Virus record (IMG/VR): IMGVR_UViG_3300042922_000725 | Span: 1-64,000 of that record | Direction: 5' to 3' (one strand) | Source of the DNA: a virus | Length of the DNA: 64,000 nucleotides | In this document: positions 49,024 to 59,575 of the stretch, piece after piece | Layout of the letters: each line of letters opens with the position of its first letter | Numbering within the stretch: position 1 is the first letter of the stretch | The notes under the pieces: generated by a model | Database searches by the model: none | What the model was told of the DNA's origin: nothing | The model's input: only the letters and a program-made list of their open reading frames with translations | Position numbers and translations under genes: made by a program

Positions 49024-49557
49024 ATGGGAATGAAAGATAATAAGCCAAAAGTAACTCAAAATAGATTGTTTGAACCGGGGGATAGAGGTAAACCAAAAGT
49101 AATTAATAAAGAAACTAAACAAGAAGAAAATAACAAATCTAAAATGGTTGATTTAAACAATCTTGATGAAGAAAGTGCTAATTATATTAGTGAGGTTGTA
49201 AAGAAACATGTAACTGAGCAGCTTAGAGAGGTTATGAGCGAATTATATGATACTGGAATGATAGACTATAAAACAGAAATACATGTGAATAAAACTGTGA
49301 TTGAAAATATAATAAAAAATCAAGGTAACAAAAACAAGCTTACTAATTTAGAAGTTGGTAGCGGTCTTGATGAATATATTAAAGACAATGGAATTAGTAA
49401 AACCATCTTAGGTGATTATGTAGGAATAAGCCGAGGAACATTGTTCAATATTATAAAAAATCCTAATACTGTAAGTTTAATTAATGCAAAGAAGTTATCA
49501 ATTGCTTTAGGTATAGATATTGAAAAATTATTTCCTACTATATATTCAGAAGAATAA
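49024..49557 (+). CDS. XRE-family HTH regulator with N-terminal extension
   Basis: GISKTILGDYVGISRGTL...SL.NAKKLSIALG..IEKLF. Confidence 0.8.
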   Translation: MGMKDNKPKVTQNRLFEPGDRGKPKVINKETKQEENNKSKMVDLNNLDEESANYISEVVKKHVTEQLREVMSELYDTGMIDYKTEIHVNKTVIENIIKNQGNKNKLTNLEVGSGLDEYIKDNGISKTILGDYVGISRGTLFNIIKNPNTVSLINAKKLSIALGIDIEKLFPTIYSEE

Positions 49558-49619
49558 AGCACAAAAATATAAATGTACAAAATGTTGAACAAAAATATAT
49601 AAAATATTAAACAATTGTG

Positions 49620-49648
49620 TTGACAATTTTGAACAGACTCCTTATAAT
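49620..49648 (+). promoter_or_regulatory. consensus sigma-A promoter
   Basis: TTGACA-17-TATAAT. Confidence 0.8.
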
Positions 49649-49701
49649 AAAATTAAGGGTTGGTTAATCATACCAATAATAATTATGAGGAGTTGTTACA
49701 T

Positions 49702-49983
49702 ATGGAAGATATAGTTAAAGAGTTAGACAAGGCTTTAGAAAATATGAAAGGTCAATTGGTATCTATTGATTATGAGACTAAAAGATTCACACCATTTTAT
49801 CATGAAGTTTATTTCTTGGGATTTACAGATTATGAAGGAATACATATCGGTAGCGATGCGTTCACAAGTTGTATAACGTGGGAATATGTAGAAGATATTG
49901 TGGTTAAGATATTTGGTGATAATATTGGATTTACTGTATATATGGATGATGAAAGTGTTGTTAGGGTTAGTAATGGGGAGTAA
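49702..49983 (+). CDS. hypothetical acidic beta-rich protein (paralog of 44731-45057)
   Basis: GAGGAG RBS before ATG 49702. Confidence 0.65.
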   Translation: MEDIVKELDKALENMKGQLVSIDYETKRFTPFYHEVYFLGFTDYEGIHIGSDAFTSCITWEYVEDIVVKIFGDNIGFTVYMDDESVVRVSNGE

Positions 49984-50012
49984 TACATAGATTATTTTTA
50001 GGAGGATGTCAA

Positions 50013-50264
50013 ATGAGTAAATCAAGTTTAACTAGAAGAAATATGTATTATAAATACAATAAGATGAAAAAAGAAAAAGCCAAAGAAAGAGAAATTCAGG
50101 AATATTTAAAAGAAGAAAGAGATAAGAAAATTTGGGATAGTCTAACACCACAACAGCAAAGAATGAGTTTAGAAAACAAGAAAGCAGAAAATGAAAACAA
50201 TTTAATATGGGGACTTCTAATAGTTGCCGTAGTATTTTTTCTAATGATTATTACTAATGGATAA
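50013..50264 (+). CDS. small membrane protein with C-terminal TM helix
   Basis: LIWGLLIVAVVFFLMII; AGGAGG RBS. Confidence 0.7.
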   Translation: MSKSSLTRRNMYYKYNKMKKEKAKEREIQEYLKEERDKKIWDSLTPQQQRMSLENKKAENENNLIWGLLIVAVVFFLMIITNG

Positions 50265-50347
50265 TAATATAAACCTATTCCATTTATATATAATATGTAT
50301 TATAATGGTATTAATGTATAAATAAATGAAATAGGAGTGGAATTTAG

Positions 50348-50851
50348 GTGACTTGGATTTTTATAATTGCACTAATAGGTATTTTTATTGTCGTCATTGG
50401 CTCAGTATCTTATAACCTACAAGAAGAAACTAATCTTCCCAATATGATTTATTCAAAATCATTGGTAGTTTATATTGGAGGGTTTCCAGAAATAAGCGGA
50501 GGAGAAAATCTAAAAGTAAATCTAAAATTAAATTCTGAAAAATTATTGATTGAATTTTTTACAAAAAAACTAGCTAAAGATATTAAAATAGAGGATATTA
50601 TAGATGCAGAATGTTCTACTGAAGAACAAATTTCTAAAGACATAACATTAGGAAGATTAATTGTATTTGGAGCTTTAGCTTTTGGATTAAAAAAGAACAA
50701 TAAAATAACTAGAAAATATGCAGTAATAACATATAAAGATGAGTTTGGTAAACAAAGAAGTCTGGTATTTGAAACATACCCTGATGAATTAATTAAAAAT
50801 ATATTAGACTTAAAAAGAATTGAATTTAAAAATAATAGCATTAATATATGA
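50348..50851 (+). CDS. membrane-anchored protein with PH-like domain (moron, possible superinfection exclusion)
   Basis: N-terminal TM; YIGGFP, TEEQISKDITLGRL..FG..AFGLKK; own TATAAT upstream. Confidence 0.6.
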   Translation: MTWIFIIALIGIFIVVIGSVSYNLQEETNLPNMIYSKSLVVYIGGFPEISGGENLKVNLKLNSEKLLIEFFTKKLAKDIKIEDIIDAECSTEEQISKDITLGRLIVFGALAFGLKKNNKITRKYAVITYKDEFGKQRSLVFETYPDELIKNILDLKRIEFKNNSINI

Positions 50852-50922
50852 GATAAGATTATTTTCTTATCTTTTTTATATTCATCAACAATCAAATATA
50901 AATAATTAGGAGGAAATATATT

Positions 50923-51450
50923 ATGGGAATTAAATTAAGTGAAATAGAGAAATTAACTGAAAGAAAATTAATAATTGAGGATGGAAAACCGTTTTGGCAA
51001 GAAAGAGTTTTGCGTGGAACTATTAATTTTAAACCTATGAGCATTGAATTGGGAGATAGTTTAAAAAATAATGCAGTTTCTAAATTTACTAAAGATACCA
51101 CAGATAACGAAGCCGCTTACATACTTATTCCTTTATTAACAGACATAGAAGACGATATAGATTTTGAAAGATTTGAAAAAATTATAGGAAGTGGAAATGT
51201 TGTAGCTATAACTTTACTTGATGGTGTATTAGATATGTTTGAAGAAATAATTAATTATAGTAATGAATTAGAAAAAATACAAAATAAATCCAAAAGAATA
51301 AATGAAAAATTACCACAAGTTAACCCTTTAGAATTAAAAAAGCAAGAGTTAGAAAATTTATATAAAAAATTTGCTGTGGTTAATGATAATAAGGAAAGAG
51401 ATGAAATTTTAAAAAGAGTAATAGAATTAAAAAATGAAATAGGTGAGTAA
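50923..51450 (+). CDS. putative tail assembly chaperone
   Basis: Position upstream of the TMP gene; AGGAGG RBS. Confidence 0.45.
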   Translation: MGIKLSEIEKLTERKLIIEDGKPFWQERVLRGTINFKPMSIELGDSLKNNAVSKFTKDTTDNEAAYILIPLLTDIEDDIDFERFEKIIGSGNVVAITLLDGVLDMFEEIINYSNELEKIQNKSKRINEKLPQVNPLELKKQELENLYKKFAVVNDNKERDEILKRVIELKNEIGE

Positions 51451-51452
51451 TT

Positions 51453-51911
51453 TTGGATAGAGAAGATGAGCTATATTTAAAAGAACTCCTAAAAGAATAT
51501 AAAGAAGATATTAAAAAGATTGAAAGAGATATAAAGAAGATTTGGAGTGATACAATAGAAGATACTGTTTATAGTCAAATAGAGTTACAATATTACGCCG
51601 ATGGTAGTAGAGAAAGAACTTATCAGCTAAGAGACATGGTTACATCTAAAATAGAAGGTGATATGCTATATGTGTATGCTGATACTAGCAATATGCAATA
51701 TTATAGTTTTGGCAGAAGAAGTCATCCTGTAAGTGGAGAAGATGTTTTAGGATGGGTAAATGATGGACACCATGAAAGCGGATATGAAGGAGTAAATGAT
51801 AATTTTAGAGATTATAATGGAAGATATTTTTTAGAAGAGTTCTATAGACGAGTAAAAGAAAAATATTCTCAATATGAAATAGAATTAATTAATAATAGTG
51901 ATTTTGTGTAA
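51453..51911 (+). CDS. putative tail completion protein (HK97 gp10-like)
   Basis: VY.....Y...RTYQL and GRYFLE motifs; before the TMP gene. Confidence 0.5.
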   Translation: MDREDELYLKELLKEYKEDIKKIERDIKKIWSDTIEDTVYSQIELQYYADGSRERTYQLRDMVTSKIEGDMLYVYADTSNMQYYSFGRRSHPVSGEDVLGWVNDGHHESGYEGVNDNFRDYNGRYFLEEFYRRVKEKYSQYEIELINNSDFV

Positions 51912-51963
51912 GGAAGTTATAATGTAACTTCCTTTTAATATTGTTTAAAGGGAGTGAATTATA

Positions 51964-54900
51964 ATGAAAGGGATAGGATTACGATTTTCTAATATAGAAG
52001 AATTAAAGAAACAGTTTGATAATCTTCTTAATGATTTAAAATCAAAGGCTGATAAAAATCCAATATCAATAAATTTTGATGACTTAACAAAAAGATTAGT
52101 AGATGTTGAAAATAAAGTTAATGAATCTACTAAAAGAATAGGGAAAATGACAGCTAAATCAGTTGAAAATGCTTTAACTGGTGTTAATTATAAAGATTTT
52201 CAATCAAAATTAAATGAAGTTGTAAATGGACTAAATAAAAGTGGAAATCAAGTTTCTGATATATTTACAACGATAGATGCAAAAACAGAAGCTATAACAG
52301 GAGCAACTGTAAAATATACAGATAGTTTAGGTAAAACAATAACTGAAGTATATAAATTAAAAACTGCATGGAAAAACATGAAAGATGATGAAGGTAATTT
52401 TGTTTTAGATAATAAGGGTAACAAAGTAAAACAATTAAATATGGAATTAAAACCTTCTACTATTTCTTATGATAATAATATTGCAAAACAACAACAAGAT
52501 AATTACAAGAAGTTAAATGATTTATTAAATAGTACATATAATAATAAAAAGAAAATTGCTCAATTAGATGAAAAAAGTCAAAGTGGAGAATATGCTAACC
52601 AGTTACGTTCACAGATTTCTGATAATGAAAGAAAATATAATGAAATATATAATTCTGTAATAAAAATAGGGGACGAAGAAGAAACTTTAGCCATCAATGC
52701 AAAACAAACAAATGATTTATTAGAGAAAAGAAAAAAAATAGAACAAGATATATCTTTATTAATAACTAAGCAAAACGATGCGACCTTAAGAAAAACATCT
52801 ACAACAACTAGTGGACAAAGAAATTTAGGAGAAGAAGTAAAGTTAGGAATTCCAATAAATTTTGAAGCCTCAAGAGCGGATTTGAATGCATACTCAAAGG
52901 CTGTCGCCGGAAGTGGAGCAGAATGGACTAGAGTTACTCCAAAAATTGATGCTGCTGGAAATAAAATAAAAGAAGTTAATGTAAGGGTTAAAGAAGGTTC
53001 TGATAAATGGCGTATGTACCAAATGACCTTAGATGAATCAACAGGAAAACTTTATAAGGTTGACAGGGGTTTGTCCGATTTAAATAATCGACAATTAGGA
53101 TTTATAGAGTCGACAAAAATTGCTATAGCACGTATAGCTGAATGGGGCATTTCAACAATGGCTGTATATGGAACTATAAGAAAGATAAGAGAAGGCGTAG
53201 AATTTATTAATTCTTTAAATAAAGCTCAAACGAACATTCAAATGGTAGGCGGCTATTCTCGAAAAGAGGTTCAAGGTTTAACAAGCGATTATTCGAAATT
53301 AGCAGACCAATTATACACAACCACAGATGCTATAATGGCAAGTTCTGAGGAGTTTTTAAGGGCAGGTAATTCTATAGAAGAAACAAACTCATTATTGCAA
53401 GCCACAGCTATTGGAGGAGCAATTTCAGGACAAGAATCAAGTGCTATGGCAGAACAATTAATAGCCATTTCTAACGGTTTTAAAATGGCTACTGGGGATG
53501 CAAAACAAATGATGAGTGTTATAGACACACTGTCAATTCTTGACAATTCCTCGGCGACTTCCATGAAAGAGATATCTGAAGCAATTATGAGAACGGCTTC
53601 ATCTGCACAAATGGCAGGAGTTTCGTTTAAAGATTTGAGCGCATATATTGCCACAGTTTCTTCTGTTACAAGAAAAAGTGCCTCTAGCATAGGAGAATCA
53701 TACAAAAGTATATTTTCTAGGTATCAGGACGTTAAAGGTGGAAAAAATTTTGACTCAGACGAAGAAGATATTTCAAATGTTGAAAGGGATTTTCGTAAAT
53801 ATGCTGATATATCTATAAGAAGCGCAAAAGGGGAGTTCAAAGATTTTGGAGTTGTACTTGATGAACTTAGTGGTAAGTGGTCTACTCTTAGTACTGTTGC
53901 TAAAAGTGCAGTCACTAAAGCGCTTGCTGGAACAAGACAAAGAGAGAATCTACTGGTGCTGCTAAATGAGATGGGGCAAGTTAGAACATTACAAGAAAAA
54001 ATAGAAGAAGGTGCAGGTTCAGCAAAGGCTAAGTTTGATGAAGCTTATGGAAAGTCTACAGAAGCTCAAATAAATAAATTAACAAATAGCACACAAAGAT
54101 TATACATGTCTATGTTTAATAGCGATATGATAAACAGTGCAATTGGAGGATTAAATACGTTTGTTGAATATTTACAAACTATTTCAGAAAGTTCAATTGA
54201 AACAAAAATAGGAATTGTGGCATTAACTGGAGTGATAGTAGCTATGGGTATTGCAATAAAGAAAAATGGAATAGATTCTTTAAACACAAGTTTAGCTAGT
54301 TTGATTCCTAATATTACTAAATTTATATTTGGAGGTCAAGCTTTAACCACAATTTTGGGTGGTTTAAAAACCGCTTTTTCACTTTTGTTATCTCCAGTTG
54401 GATTGGTTGGAGTGGCTATAGGCGTTGTGACTGTCGCTATAGCAGGACATATAAAACACCAAAAACAGTTAAAGGAACAAACAGAATCATTATCTTCTAG
54501 CTATAAAAACTTAACTAATGCTATGAAAGAAAATAATGCGGAAACAATGAAATCAGAGCTTGACAATATTAAAAAGCAACAAAGTGAAATGAATAAATTA
54601 GTTTCTGAAAGAGCTGAATTAGAAAAGAAAATAGCAAGCGCAACTCCGGGTGGTGGTAATTATTCTGGTGCTGCTTATGCAATGAAAGCTAATCAAGGAT
54701 TATATAATCAACTTAATGCTGTAAATGACAAGATTGCAGAACAACAAAAAGTTATGGATTCAGCAGGAATTAGTGCAAAAGAATTAGCTAAAGCAGAAAT
54801 GATGGTTTCTAATAATGAAATAGCAAATCAAATCAAAAAGACAACAGAAGAAGAGTATAATAGAAAACAATCTATTTCAAATCTAATTCAAGAGTATCAA

Positions 54901-57357
54901 TCTCTAAATGCAATAGAGAGTGCTAATACAACTCAAAAACAAAGAATGAGTCAAATAGCACAAGAATTACAAAGTAATATTCAGGGTTTAACAGTCACCA
55001 GAGACTCTGAGGGGAATTATATCATTCAAAACACAGACTTACTTGGAAAAGAAGTAAATATGTTAAATCAAGAAGGTCAAACCATTGAAACATTGACAAA
55101 TTTGAAACTTACAGATGCAAAGAATAGAGCTGAAATTGAAGTTGGTAATACAAAGATAACTTATTTAGAAGCTAAAAAAAGAATATCTATATTACAAGAA
55201 GAAATGAAAGCTTATGAAAATGCTATGACATCAAGAATGTTAGGAATGACAGATGAACAAGATATTGAAAAACAAGGACGTTTATATGAAAGATATATGT
55301 CAAACAGACAAAGTGTTCTTGGAGAATATCAAAGTTCAATAGATGCTTTAGACAAGATATTTGCAACAGGAGGAAATTACAATAATGTTAATTCTTTAGA
55401 AACTGGAACAAGTTATACTCCTCCAGGCTCTTCATCCTCCGACAAATCCCAATCCCTAACAATAGACAATGCAAACACATATTCATCAATTATTGATACA
55501 CAAAATTCATTACTTTCACAGCAAGATTCCTTACTATCAAAAATATCCGACACAATTTCTCAGCAAGAATCTTCAAATCAAATAACAGAAGCTATATCAA
55601 CTCAAAATCAATTATACACCGAACAACAGAAAAAACTTGATTTACTATATCAAACACGCGATAAATACACTAATGCAGAGCAATCTGTAATAGATGCATT
55701 TTCTTCAAATGGTTGGTTAGGTGATCAAGATATTTACTCAATGAACCAACAAGATTTTGACTCAATATATGATACTGAATTTGGTGGAACTAGAGAATTC
55801 GGTACAGGTGAACAAGCTGAAAAAGATAAGCAAGCATTCCAAGACCGTGCTAATTTATTTAAATCATTATCATCTGAATGGTTAAAACTTAAAGATGCAA
55901 TGGGTAAAACCAATGATGATATAGGTAAAATGGCTTATGATATGAATAAAACTTTAGTTGAAATGGATAAAAATGTATTAGAAAGTTACAACAAAAATCT
56001 TGAAGCAAGTTCTAAAAATCTAACTGAAAAAATGAAAGATTTAGATTTACAATTAAAACAGTTAGATGAAGGAGATTTGAAGGGTTCATCTGATATATTG
56101 TCCAAGAAATTAAAATTGGCAAATGATGAATTAAAATTAAGACAAGATTATTTAAATCAATTAAATGGAACAGTTACTTCATCTGTTGAAGGTGAAATTG
56201 AATTACGTAAAGCTATTGACAGTGCTAGTGATTCTGTAAGAGACCAAAAGGGAGTAGTAATTGATTTGCAAAAGTCAATGAAAGATGGTTTGGATAATCA
56301 AAAAAAACTTGTTGAAGATACTGAATCTAAGATTGTTGATGTTATTAAGAGTAGTGTTGAAAAGCAAAAGAAAGCTCTTGAGGAAAAATATAATAAGAAA
56401 AAGGAATTATTAGATAAGGAGTACAATCAAGAGAAGGATACACTTGACAAGATTCAAGATTTATATAATCGTTCTAATGAAACCGATGATTATGAAAAAA
56501 ATCTCAAGAAAGAAAAAGAAGTTGCCAATAACATTGACTCTCAAATAGCAAATGCAAGATTAGATAAGAGCTTAGAAGGACAAAAACGACTTAGAGAATT
56601 AGAAGCTCAAAAAGTAACTCAACAAGAAAAAATTGACGAAATGGTGCTTGAACGAACTAGAGATTTAAATAATCAAATGTTTGATGATAGTAAGGAAGCA
56701 TTAGATAAGAAACATGAAGCGGAAACTTTAGCCTTAGATGAAAAATATAATAAAGATGTGAAAAGATTGGATGATTTCTATACAGAAGCTAAAATACAAG
56801 CAATAGCACATCAAGCTATTATAGATGGGACGTTTGCTAATGCACAAGGTAGTATTGTTAGTATCTCTTCAGCATTTAAAGACTTTACAATTGAATCCGG
56901 CACTAGTATTACAACTTTAGTTGATAAGGTTAATGAGTTTAATAATAGTTTAAAAAACGCAAGAGATATTATTAATAGTATGGGAAGTATGAATTTAAGT
57001 GCTAGTGTAGGAGTGTCTACATTGCCTAGTTATGCAGTTGGAGCAACATCTTTAATATCTGACCAAATAGCAGAAGTACATAAGAATGAAGCAATTATAC
57101 CAGCAAACATGAACCCATTTTTAGGGGGTAAACCTTTGGATAACTTTATGAATTTATTTCCTAAGTCTCCTAGTATAACACCTATGAGCAGTAGTAATGG
57201 AGGTATAACATTAAATGAACCATTCTTAGTAATCCAAGGAAGTGTAAATGAAAATGTAATGCCAGAAGTTAGAAGTTTGATTAAGGAAGGATTTAGTGAA
57301 TTAACTAGAATGCAAAGAAGAAGTCAAAATATTAGTGGTCAAGTTGCAAGAGCTTAA
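51964..57357 (+). CDS. tape measure protein
   Basis: 1797 aa, TP901-type core (SIGESYKSIFSRY, AGTRQREN), TM segment, coiled coils, YAVG...AEVHKNEAI. Confidence 0.9.
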   Translation: MKGIGLRFSNIEELKKQFDNLLNDLKSKADKNPISINFDDLTKRLVDVENKVNESTKRIGKMTAKSVENALTGVNYKDFQSKLNEVVNGLNKSGNQVSDIFTTIDAKTEAITGATVKYTDSLGKTITEVYKLKTAWKNMKDDEGNFVLDNKGNKVKQLNMELKPSTISYDNNIAKQQQDNYKKLNDLLNSTYNNKKKIAQLDEKSQSGEYANQLRSQISDNERKYNEIYNSVIKIGDEEETLAINAKQTNDLLEKRKKIEQDISLLITKQNDATLRKTSTTTSGQRNLGEEVKLGIPINFEASRADLNAYSKAVAGSGAEWTRVTPKIDAAGNKIKEVNVRVKEGSDKWRMYQMTLDESTGKLYKVDRGLSDLNNRQLGFIESTKIAIARIAEWGISTMAVYGTIRKIREGVEFINSLNKAQTNIQMVGGYSRKEVQGLTSDYSKLADQLYTTTDAIMASSEEFLRAGNSIEETNSLLQATAIGGAISGQESSAMAEQLIAISNGFKMATGDAKQMMSVIDTLSILDNSSATSMKEISEAIMRTASSAQMAGVSFKDLSAYIATVSSVTRKSASSIGESYKSIFSRYQDVKGGKNFDSDEEDISNVERDFRKYADISIRSAKGEFKDFGVVLDELSGKWSTLSTVAKSAVTKALAGTRQRENLLVLLNEMGQVRTLQEKIEEGAGSAKAKFDEAYGKSTEAQINKLTNSTQRLYMSMFNSDMINSAIGGLNTFVEYLQTISESSIETKIGIVALTGVIVAMGIAIKKNGIDSLNTSLASLIPNITKFIFGGQALTTILGGLKTAFSLLLSPVGLVGVAIGVVTVAIAGHIKHQKQLKEQTESLSSSYKNLTNAMKENNAETMKSELDNIKKQQSEMNKLVSERAELEKKIASATPGGGNYSGAAYAMKANQGLYNQLNAVNDKIAEQQKVMDSAGISAKELAKAEMMVSNNEIANQIKKTTEEEYNRKQSISNLIQEYQSLNAIESANTTQKQRMSQIAQELQSNIQGLTVTRDSEGNYIIQNTDLLGKEVNMLNQEGQTIETLTNLKLTDAKNRAEIEVGNTKITYLEAKKRISILQEEMKAYENAMTSRMLGMTDEQDIEKQGRLYERYMSNRQSVLGEYQSSIDALDKIFATGGNYNNVNSLETGTSYTPPGSSSSDKSQSLTIDNANTYSSIIDTQNSLLSQQDSLLSKISDTISQQESSNQITEAISTQNQLYTEQQKKLDLLYQTRDKYTNAEQSVIDAFSSNGWLGDQDIYSMNQQDFDSIYDTEFGGTREFGTGEQAEKDKQAFQDRANLFKSLSSEWLKLKDAMGKTNDDIGKMAYDMNKTLVEMDKNVLESYNKNLEASSKNLTEKMKDLDLQLKQLDEGDLKGSSDILSKKLKLANDELKLRQDYLNQLNGTVTSSVEGEIELRKAIDSASDSVRDQKGVVIDLQKSMKDGLDNQKKLVEDTESKIVDVIKSSVEKQKKALEEKYNKKKELLDKEYNQEKDTLDKIQDLYNRSNETDDYEKNLKKEKEVANNIDSQIANARLDKSLEGQKRLRELEAQKVTQQEKIDEMVLERTRDLNNQMFDDSKEALDKKHEAETLALDEKYNKDVKRLDDFYTEAKIQAIAHQAIIDGTFANAQGSIVSISSAFKDFTIESGTSITTLVDKVNEFNNSLKNARDIINSMGSMNLSASVGVSTLPSYAVGATSLISDQIAEVHKNEAIIPANMNPFLGGKPLDNFMNLFPKSPSITPMSSSNGGITLNEPFLVIQGSVNENVMPEVRSLIKEGFSELTRMQRRSQNISGQVARA

Positions 57358-57371
57358 TTATAATATATGAT

Positions 57372-57403
57372 AAGGAGTTGCATTAAATTGTGACTCCTTT
57401 GTT
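57372..57403 (+). terminator. terminator after the TMP gene
   Basis: AAGGAGTTGCA-TTAAAT-TGTGACTCCTT + T-rich tail. Confidence 0.65.
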
Positions 57404-57451
57404 TTAAATTGAAAAATAATAAAAATATTTAATAAAATATAGGTAAACTTA

Positions 57452-57480
57452 TTGACATGATTTTCCTCCTGTAGTATAAT
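57452..57480 (+). promoter_or_regulatory. consensus sigma-A promoter of the ORF6N moron
   Basis: TTGACA-17-TATAAT. Confidence 0.8.
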
Positions 57481-57558
57481 TGGATTGTAAGGAAGAATAT
57501 TCCTGCGGCGCATAAAATATATCAATAAAAAATAAATAAAAAAGGAGAAAATCAAAAT

Positions 57559-58548
57559 ATGAAAGAGACAAATTTACAATTAATTAAAGGTGGAAAAATA
57601 ACAACAAAGGATGGACGAGAGTATACTAGATTAATGGGAGGATTTGGGGAAGGAAAACCGAGTTTAACCGTAAGGCAAATTTCCGAACTAATGGAAAAAG
57701 AATTAAAACACGTAAATGAAACAATTAATAATAACATCAATCATTTTGAGAAAAATATTCATTTAATTGACTTAAAAAACTCAGTCGATATAATCGACCC
57801 AGTTTTAGAGACATTAAAATCCTTGGGTTACAGTAAGCAATCTATATCGAACAGTAAAAACATTTATATACTTTCAGAATCAGGTTTCTTACTATATCTT
57901 AAGTTTGCTGAAGGCGATAAATCAGTAGATTTATATAAAGATTTTATTGAAGACTATTTCCAAACCAAAGCAGAAAATGAGAAGTTAAAAGTTGCGGTAT
58001 CAGAAGAATTAGATTCTTTAGTCAATGAAAGAATAACAATATTAGGGAAAATGTTTTATGAACAAGATGAAAAAATAAAAATGGACTTATTCAATAGATG
58101 TGAAAGTCTAAATGATAGAATATCAAAACTTAATTTAGCATTAAAAACAGAAAGTCTTGAAAATGCTATTTTGAATCAAGCTAGATTAAAAGAAAGTAAA
58201 GCTGAATATGTTAATCAATCAGACTTTGGTGAAAGATTCAATAGAAAATTAGGAGCTAAAACAGTGGGTAAATTATTTCAAATCGTTGGATTGGCAAAGA
58301 AAACTTACAATAGAACTACACCATATGAAAGATATGTACCGAAATATGCCGTAAATGTAGTTGATAATGAAATTGCTAAAAATTATGATGTAGCTTATGT
58401 TTGGAATTATAACCTTGTAGTTGAGTTTATAGACAAGTGGTTGAAAAATAATGGAAAATATGACATCTTCTATTCAATCGTAAAAAAGGGTGAAATGATA
58501 CAATATGTAAATACTTTATATGAAGAAACATTTTCTAAAGCAGTGTAA
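57559..58548 (+). CDS. ORF6N-domain antirepressor-like protein
   Basis: GGFGEGK..L.V.QI.EL...HVNE.INNN..HF and IYILSESGF...LK motifs. Confidence 0.75.
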   Translation: MKETNLQLIKGGKITTKDGREYTRLMGGFGEGKPSLTVRQISELMEKELKHVNETINNNINHFEKNIHLIDLKNSVDIIDPVLETLKSLGYSKQSISNSKNIYILSESGFLLYLKFAEGDKSVDLYKDFIEDYFQTKAENEKLKVAVSEELDSLVNERITILGKMFYEQDEKIKMDLFNRCESLNDRISKLNLALKTESLENAILNQARLKESKAEYVNQSDFGERFNRKLGAKTVGKLFQIVGLAKKTYNRTTPYERYVPKYAVNVVDNEIAKNYDVAYVWNYNLVVEFIDKWLKNNGKYDIFYSIVKKGEMIQYVNTLYEETFSKAV

Positions 58549-58776
58549 TAATAAAATATAAACAAATATAAAATCTCTTAAATAAATCTTACATATTTTC
58601 TAAGCTAAAAGTTTTTACTAAAAATAATCATATGAAAGAAGTTGTTTGAGTAGTGAAAAATATAATAATGAAAAATAAGAGTTCTAGTGAAAGCTAGGAC
58701 TTTTTCATATATAAAAACATATAAAAATAAATAAATATCAGCATATAAAATTATATAAAAACAAGGAGGAATTCAA

Positions 58777-59559
58777 ATGTCGTTTGTTCAAACAGGTTTT
58801 TCATGGAATAGCAAAAGCAATGAAGAAGTTGGCGTTATGTTAGTTCATGAAGATTCTTCAAGCATTAAACAAGCTTTTGGAATAACGTCTAAACAAGTAA
58901 GAGAAAAAATTAGATATAGAGATATTCCAGTTAGTTATGGAGTTGAAAAAGAAACATCTACAATGCCTATTTCTATTACAAAAATAGATGGTTCAGAATT
59001 TACATATGAAGATAGAGTTGAATTAGCAAGGTTCTTTAGACCAGACAATAACTTTCATGAATTTTGGAGTTACGATTACGGTGATAGACATATATTCTAT
59101 CTTTACTTTAATTCAGGTAGTTTTGAAAACTTCTTTTCTGATAAAGGTATTATAACTTTAGAAGCTGAAATGTTAGCTCCTTACGCATTTAGCCCGGTAT
59201 CTCACGAAGTATATGATTTATTTAACAATACAACTTCAACTATTATAGAAGTAGAAAATAAAAGTAATGTAATAGAATTTTATTATCCTAAAATTGAATT
59301 TACATTATTAGATACAGCTACAAGTTTTAAAATAATAAATCACACCAACGGAGGTCAAGTGTTTGAATTTACTGGACTTCAAACAGGGGAAACTGTGAGT
59401 ATAGATAATTTGGCTAGAAGAATTAAATCTAGTACGGGATTACCTAGATTATCTGATTTTAATAAGAACTGGTTTAATTTATGGTACGGAGTAAATACGA
59501 TTGAAGTATTTGGAAAGTGCATATTAGAAATAAAGTCACAATTCCCAATGATGATATGA
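58777..59559 (+). CDS. distal tail protein (Dit)
   Basis: F.WN.KS, APYAFS, GETV.ID..R.I.S and FNKNWF.L.YG.N.I motifs; after the TMP gene. Confidence 0.75.
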   Translation: MSFVQTGFSWNSKSNEEVGVMLVHEDSSSIKQAFGITSKQVREKIRYRDIPVSYGVEKETSTMPISITKIDGSEFTYEDRVELARFFRPDNNFHEFWSYDYGDRHIFYLYFNSGSFENFFSDKGIITLEAEMLAPYAFSPVSHEVYDLFNNTTSTIIEVENKSNVIEFYYPKIEFTLLDTATSFKIINHTNGGQVFEFTGLQTGETVSIDNLARRIKSSTGLPRLSDFNKNWFNLWYGVNTIEVFGKCILEIKSQFPMMI

Positions 59560-59575
59560 TAAACGAGGTGAAAAT

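Noticed and set aside
50923-51911. Programmed -1 frameshift in the tail chaperone genes
   Set aside because: The ORFs do not overlap, the second has its own RBS, and no convincing slippery site was found.
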